Below are positions 59,362 to 64,000 of a DNA stretch of 64,000 nucleotides, piece after piece; within the stretch, counting starts at the first letter, position 1; every line of letters begins with the position of its first letter. The stretch covers positions 128,001 through 192,000 of the forward strand of contig CBDFFH010000051.1 of NCBI GenBank assembly GCA_965246715.1, read 5' to 3'. Below the pieces are notes generated by a model that made no database searches, was not told the origin of the DNA, and saw only the letters and a program-made list of their open reading frames with translations. The DNA comes from Chamaesiphon sp. GTDB lineage: Bacteria > Cyanobacteriota > Cyanobacteriia > Cyanobacteriales > Chamaesiphonaceae. A program made the position numbers and the translations under genes.

Positions 59362-60387
59362 ATGTCTCGATCGAAAACCCTACAATACTATCTTGCTGCT
59401 CGATTGCTCCTGGCACCTTTGATGTTATGGACGATAGTTACGCTGGTATTCTTTCTGCTCAAAGCTACTCCTGGCGATCCGGCAGATGCTTTTTTAGGCA
59501 ACCGTGCTTCCGATGAAGTTAAGGCAGATTTACGCAAGCAATTAGGTTTAGACCAACCAATTTACGTTCAATATTTTGGGTATATTTGGAAGATCTTACA
59601 AGGAGACTTTGGCAAGTCGATTACGAGTTCTGGTAAAGCAGTAGTCACAGTCATTCAAGAGAACTTTCCGGCTACTTTGGAACTCGCGATCGGGAGTATG
59701 CTGGTAGCTTTTATCGTCGGCGTAACAGTTGGAACTTTATCAGCATCGCGTCCTGGTACAGTTGCTGATGCTGGCGGCAGATTATTTGGGATTATTAGTT
59801 ATTCATTACCGATTTTTTGGGTAGGAATGTTACTGCAATTAGTATTTGCCGTGCAACTAAATTTATTCCCCCTGGGTGGTAGATTTGCAGCTAATCTAAC
59901 TCCGCCAATTAAGATTACTGGACTATACACGATCGATAGTTTATTACACTTCGACTTAGCTAGCTTTTTTGTGTCCCTCCATCATTTAGCTTTACCATGT
60001 TTGACATTGGGCGTACTCCTGAGTGGAATTTTTGAACGCATCGTGCGAGTAAATCTCAAACAAAGTATGAAAGCTGAATATGTCGAAGCCGCTAGAGCCA
60101 GAGGTATTCCTGAAAATAAGATTTTAATAACTCACGCACTCAAGAATGCGATGATTCCCGTAATTACGGTGTTAGGATTGACAACAGCTTCGCTCTTAGG
60201 CGGTGCAGTCTTAACCGAAGTAACCTTTTCTTGGCCGGGATTGGCTAGTCAATTATATGAGGCGATTTCCAATCGTGACTATCCGACCGTCCAAGGCATC
60301 ATGGTATTTTTTGCGGCAATTGTTGTAATTGCGAGTATCTTAATCGATATTATCAATGCCTGGATCGACCCGCGCATTAAGTATTAA
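59362..60387 (+). CDS. Peptide ABC transporter permease (DppB/OppB family)
   Basis: PGDPA, PATLEL, YVEAARARG (EAA loop), HALKNA, RDYPTVQG, DPRIKY. Confidence 0.92.
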   Translation: MSRSKTLQYYLAARLLLAPLMLWTIVTLVFFLLKATPGDPADAFLGNRASDEVKADLRKQLGLDQPIYVQYFGYIWKILQGDFGKSITSSGKAVVTVIQENFPATLELAIGSMLVAFIVGVTVGTLSASRPGTVADAGGRLFGIISYSLPIFWVGMLLQLVFAVQLNLFPLGGRFAANLTPPIKITGLYTIDSLLHFDLASFFVSLHHLALPCLTLGVLLSGIFERIVRVNLKQSMKAEYVEAARARGIPENKILITHALKNAMIPVITVLGLTTASLLGGAVLTEVTFSWPGLASQLYEAISNRDYPTVQGIMVFFAAIVVIASILIDIINAWIDPRIKY

Positions 60388-60713
60388 TTAGGTAGATTGC
60401 TTGATTGATAATCTCGACAATCAGCCGCTCGGTCGGTGAGGACATTATTCGGATTAACGGCACACTTGATATAATAATTGCTGTTAAAGTATTGACAATT
60501 GCGACAGGGTAGCTTGTCCGTAGCGCTGGACTTAAGTGGCGGTCGAATTACTTTGGAGAGATAATTACATGTGACGGTCACGAAACAAACCGTCGAACAC
60601 ACCATTAATACTGACATCAGATCGAACATATTGCTAGATTTTGCAATATGTTCGATTTGCAGGGGTGATGGAGGTTGTAGAGAGATAGCGACCGTTTTTG
60701 GATTGATTTGCAT
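60384..60713 (-). CDS. Small membrane protein with C-terminal Cys-rich domain (DUF6464-like)
   Basis: TM then PCRNCQYF...KCAVNP...CRDY. Confidence 0.6.
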   Translation of the reverse strand: MQINPKTVAISLQPPSPLQIEHIAKSSNMFDLMSVLMVCSTVCFVTVTCNYLSKVIRPPLKSSATDKLPCRNCQYFNSNYYIKCAVNPNNVLTDRAADCRDYQSSNLPN

Positions 60714-60757
60714 TGGTAAACCCCCTATTAAAATTTAGTTATAATCTCGATCGAGTG

Positions 60758-61843
60758 TCAGGCATGTCGATTGGTCGCAATAATGTGTAAATCTATTTCT
60801 TTAGCGCGAACGAGTCGTAGCACTTGCTCTGTAAAAGAACCACCAATCAGCGTTTTCCACCATGATTTTTGACTTTCACCGATGAGAATTTGGGTAATGT
60901 GTTCGCGTTCGGCTATTTCAGCGATCGATAGCGGGATTTGCGAACTAATTATCCGAATAAATTTCCCACCAAATTCTTGACATAATCGCTCACATGTTTC
61001 TATATGTAAACTTTCATCCTTCGTCAAAAAACGATTGGGGTTGGCAACAAATAGGGCATATAAAGGAGCATTCATAAAATTTGCCAGCCGTGCGCCCCGT
61101 CGCAATAGTTGGAGCGAGTTAGGATAAGTCGAAACACACACCATGACTCGCTCGCCGATCGGACAATATTGCCCACTTAATGTCGTATGGTCGGTATTAT
61201 CTTCTTCGATTGTATTAGCTACTTCTCTAAGTGCTAATTCTCGGAGCAAAATCAAATTACGCTTCTGAAAGAAGTTTTGGAGAGATTGTTTGATTTTTTC
61301 AGGTGCATAAATCTTCCCGTCGATCAAGCGTTCTTCTAATGTTTGAGGAGTAACATCGACTAAAATCACTTCATCAGCTTCTTCTAACAATCGATCGGGG
61401 ATTCGCTCTCTGACCACAACACCAGTAATCTTGGCGACGAGATCGTTTAAACTTTCTAGATGCTGAATATTTACTGTGGAATAAACATCGATGCCCGCAC
61501 CTAAAATAACTTCGACATCTTGATAGCGCTTCTCGCGCTCGGAGCCAGGAATATTTGTATGGGCTAATTCATCGACTAATACCAATTGGGGTTGGCGGTG
61601 AATGATGCCATCCGTATTCATTTCTTTGTAGTTAGCATTCACCAACTCGCTACCGATTCTTGGCAAGATTTCTAAACCATTAGCTTGATCCGCTGTGTCT
61701 TTTCGCCCATGAGTTTCGAGGATCCCGATAATCACATCGATCCCCGCTCGTTTGAGAGATTGAGCTTCCTGGAGCATTTTATAGGTCTTACCAACCCCAG
61801 GTGCCATCCCGATAAATATTTTATGTCTACCTTTATGGCGCAC
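60758..61843 (-). CDS. kdpD: Truncated cyanobacterial KdpD (N-terminal sensor + USP domain, no kinase)
   Basis: GMAPGVGKTYKML, ETHGR, VDELAHTN, NIQHLESLND, LRELALRE, USP-like C-terminus. Confidence 0.88.
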   Translation of the reverse strand: MRHKGRHKIFIGMAPGVGKTYKMLQEAQSLKRAGIDVIIGILETHGRKDTADQANGLEILPRIGSELVNANYKEMNTDGIIHRQPQLVLVDELAHTNIPGSEREKRYQDVEVILGAGIDVYSTVNIQHLESLNDLVAKITGVVVRERIPDRLLEEADEVILVDVTPQTLEERLIDGKIYAPEKIKQSLQNFFQKRNLILLRELALREVANTIEEDNTDHTTLSGQYCPIGERVMVCVSTYPNSLQLLRRGARLANFMNAPLYALFVANPNRFLTKDESLHIETCERLCQEFGGKFIRIISSQIPLSIAEIAEREHITQILIGESQKSWWKTLIGGSFTEQVLRLVRAKEIDLHIIATNRHA

Positions 61844-62057
61844 AACGTTAAATTATGAATTATGAATGTGGTATCTCTCACTACCTAGATTGAAGCCAAG
61901 CCCATCTGCACGTAGCTTAGTGAAATTATATAAATGTCGATCGATACCTGACATCTATATTTAGAGCGATTTCGATTCTGCTGATGGAGAGACTTTTGCC
62001 GTAGCGAAGCCTTTGCCCGTAGAGAGGCTTCGCTACCGCGAATGCTAACAAATCGAT

Positions 62058-62642
62058 TTAGCGATTGAGTCGATCGAGTGCTAAATTAAGTTTCAAAACA
62101 TTTACTCCCGGCTCGCCAAAGATGCCTAGAAACCGACCATCGATCGCTTGTGAGATCGCTTGTTCGACTGTGCTTGGATTTACCCCACGTGCTTTAGCTA
62201 CCACTGCGATCTGATTGCGAGCGGCTTCGACGCTGATATGTGGATCTAAACCGGAGCCAGAAGTATATACTAAATCGTTTGTCGGGAGGATTCCGGCAGA
62301 TTTGAGCCGATTTATTTCTGCTTTCGTGCGTTTGGCAAGATCGGGATTGCTAGGAGCCAGATTGCTTGCTCCGGATACTCCCGTTGGGGCGGCGGTTTTA
62401 TCGGTACTATAATTAATCGTACTCGGACGACTCGCAAAATACCGAGTACCAGCCGATGGTTGACCGATTAATGCCGAACCGATCGCGACAGATTCACTAT
62501 TTTTTAGGATACTGCCATTAGCCCGATCGGGTAATACTAACTGTCCGAATGCCAGGATAATTACTGGATAAATCACCGCAACCAGCAGCCAGATAATGAT
62601 GGTCGCTCGAATTGCCGTGCCGAATTCTTTAACTGCGTTCAT
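62058..62642 (-). CDS. kdpC: K+-transporting ATPase subunit C
   Basis: ANGS, GSALIGQ, SGASNLAPSN, SGSGLDPHIS, GEPGVNVLKLNLALD. Confidence 0.93.
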   Translation of the reverse strand: MNAVKEFGTAIRATIIIWLLVAVIYPVIILAFGQLVLPDRANGSILKNSESVAIGSALIGQPSAGTRYFASRPSTINYSTDKTAAPTGVSGASNLAPSNPDLAKRTKAEINRLKSAGILPTNDLVYTSGSGLDPHISVEAARNQIAVVAKARGVNPSTVEQAISQAIDGRFLGIFGEPGVNVLKLNLALDRLNR

Positions 62643-62643
62643 C

Positions 62644-62904
62644 TTAAAATTTCTCCGGTTGAAAGATTACTACAAATAGATAGATAAATAAAGCCCCAGT
62701 CACTACGCCCAAGAGACCGAGTGCATACGACTGTTCGCGCGAGAGCGTCTGTCCGGTAGCCGCATAGACAACTGGAGCGAAAATTAAATTAATTGCAAAG
62801 CTCCAGAGGAGATAGCGAGTTAACTTGCGATCGTACAACTTAGTCGCGATCGCCAAAATATCTTCAATGAAGATCGGTGATAAAATCTGTTTCATAATCT
62901 CCAA
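62644..62904 (-). CDS. Extended KdpF-like membrane subunit (cyanobacterial KdpG type)
   Basis: Ends YLFVVIFQPEKF (KdpF signature); lies between kdpB and kdpC. Confidence 0.72.
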   Translation of the reverse strand: MEIMKQILSPIFIEDILAIATKLYDRKLTRYLLWSFAINLIFAPVVYAATGQTLSREQSYALGLLGVVTGALFIYLFVVIFQPEKF

Positions 62905-63043
62905 AATAGTAATAAATTACAACGGTAAATACGGCTCGATCGACGTGTGTTTAGGTAGTCAAAATCTTAACCAAAAACCGCCCAACCCTATAATTCAACA
63001 TCGATCGGTACTGCGGAGAGATACACCCCTACAGCTTTTGAGA

Positions 63044-64000
63044 TTAAGCCAACCCCACACCACTCACCAACACATCGATTAATTTAATTGCAATAAATGG
63101 TGCCAACACGCCCCCTAAACCATAGATAAAAATATTGCGTTGCAACAGTTGGTCGGCAGTTAGCGGTCTAAATTTCACGCCTTTGAGTGCCAGGGGAATC
63201 AACGCCGGAATAATCAACGCATTATAAATTAGTGCGGATAAAATCGCCGATTGCGAACTTGCCAAACCCATGATATTTAAACTGCCAATCCCAGCACTCG
63301 CAAAAATGGTCGGGAGAATGGCAAAATATTTGGCGACATCATTCGCGATCGAAAAAGTAGTTAATGCCCCCCGTGTAATTAATAATTGCTTCCCGATGGT
63401 GACGATATCGATTAGTTTCGTCGGATCGGAATCCAGATCGACCATATTCGCCGCTTCTTTGGCGGCTTGCGTGCCCGAATTCATGGCTACGCCGACATTG
63501 GCTTGGGCGAGAGCGGGAGCGTCATTCGTCCCATCCCCAGTCATTGCGACCAATTTACCCTGAGCCTGTTCGGCCCGAATCACATCGATTTTGTCTTCGG
63601 GAGTCGCCTCGGCGATAAAGTCATCGACCCCAGCTTCCGCCGCAATCACCGATGCGGTAATGCGATTGTCTCCCGTCAACATCACCGTCCGAATCCCCAT
63701 CTGACGCATCTGATCGAAGCGTTCGCGAATGCCTGGTTTGATAATATCTTTGAGATAAATGACCCCATAAATATCATCGCCCTGACAGACGGCTAGTGGC
63801 GTACCACCCAGTTTTGAGATTCGCTCGTAAGCGGCATCTAAATCTGGGGGGATTTGGCCGCCCCGCGAACGCACGAACCCTTTAATGGCATCCACCGCAC
63901 CTTTCCGAATCTCCGTGCCATCGGCTAAATCCGTACCGCTCATCCGCGTCCGGGCGGAGAACTCGATCCCTGTAGCCTTGTGCCGATCGATCTCACTCTT
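63044..64000 (-). CDS. kdpB: K+-transporting P-type ATPase subunit B (3' part; runs off window end)
   Basis: [48 protein letters not shown]. Confidence 0.95.
   Translation of the reverse strand, partial: KSEIDRHKATGIEFSARTRMSGTDLADGTEIRKGAVDAIKGFVRSRGGQIPPDLDAAYERISKLGGTPLAVCQGDDIYGVIYLKDIIKPGIRERFDQMRQMGIRTVMLTGDNRITASVIAAEAGVDDFIAEATPEDKIDVIRAEQAQGKLVAMTGDGTNDAPALAQANVGVAMNSGTQAAKEAANMVDLDSDPTKLIDIVTIGKQLLITRGALTTFSIANDVAKYFAILPTIFASAGIGSLNIMGLASSQSAILSALIYNALIIPALIPLALKGVKFRPLTADQLLQRNIFIYGLGGVLAPFIAIKLIDVLVSGVGLA

Noticed and set aside
1..64000. tRNA, rRNA, prophage, intact transposase, restriction or retron systems
   Set aside because: None recognised by eye; small ncRNAs or riboswitches in the long intergenic regions (2073-2512, 6165-6778, 10829-11200) cannot be excluded without Infernal

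Overview
Cyanobacterial chromosomal window (cpcB, cpcF, chlI, psbQ, cmpR-cmpABCD, kdp, ureD/ureA). The HIP1-type core CGATCG is very dense, and the style suggests a Chamaesiphon-like unicellular cyanobacterium, which is an inference only. Most of the window is housekeeping genes, with intergenic spaces full of MITEs, IS remnants and nested small repeats. The standout locus is 52.4-57.5 kb: seven near-identical genes for a 99-aa secreted protein with two internal Asn/Thr/Gln/Gly-rich, curlin-like repeats, arranged in three transcription units. Each unit is preceded by two tandem copies of a T(C/G/A)CGGA-N17/18-GTAGT promoter-like motif that resembles the heterocyst DIF1 promoter. A seventh copy of the motif lies upstream of the divergent 197-aa gene, which looks like a distant PatU3 homolog, and a HetZ-related regulator is encoded at 6.8 kb. 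Together these suggest a possibly undescribed HetZ/PatU-type regulon controlling an amplified secreted, putatively amyloid or matrix protein. All family assignments are from recognition of the sequences, not from database searches.
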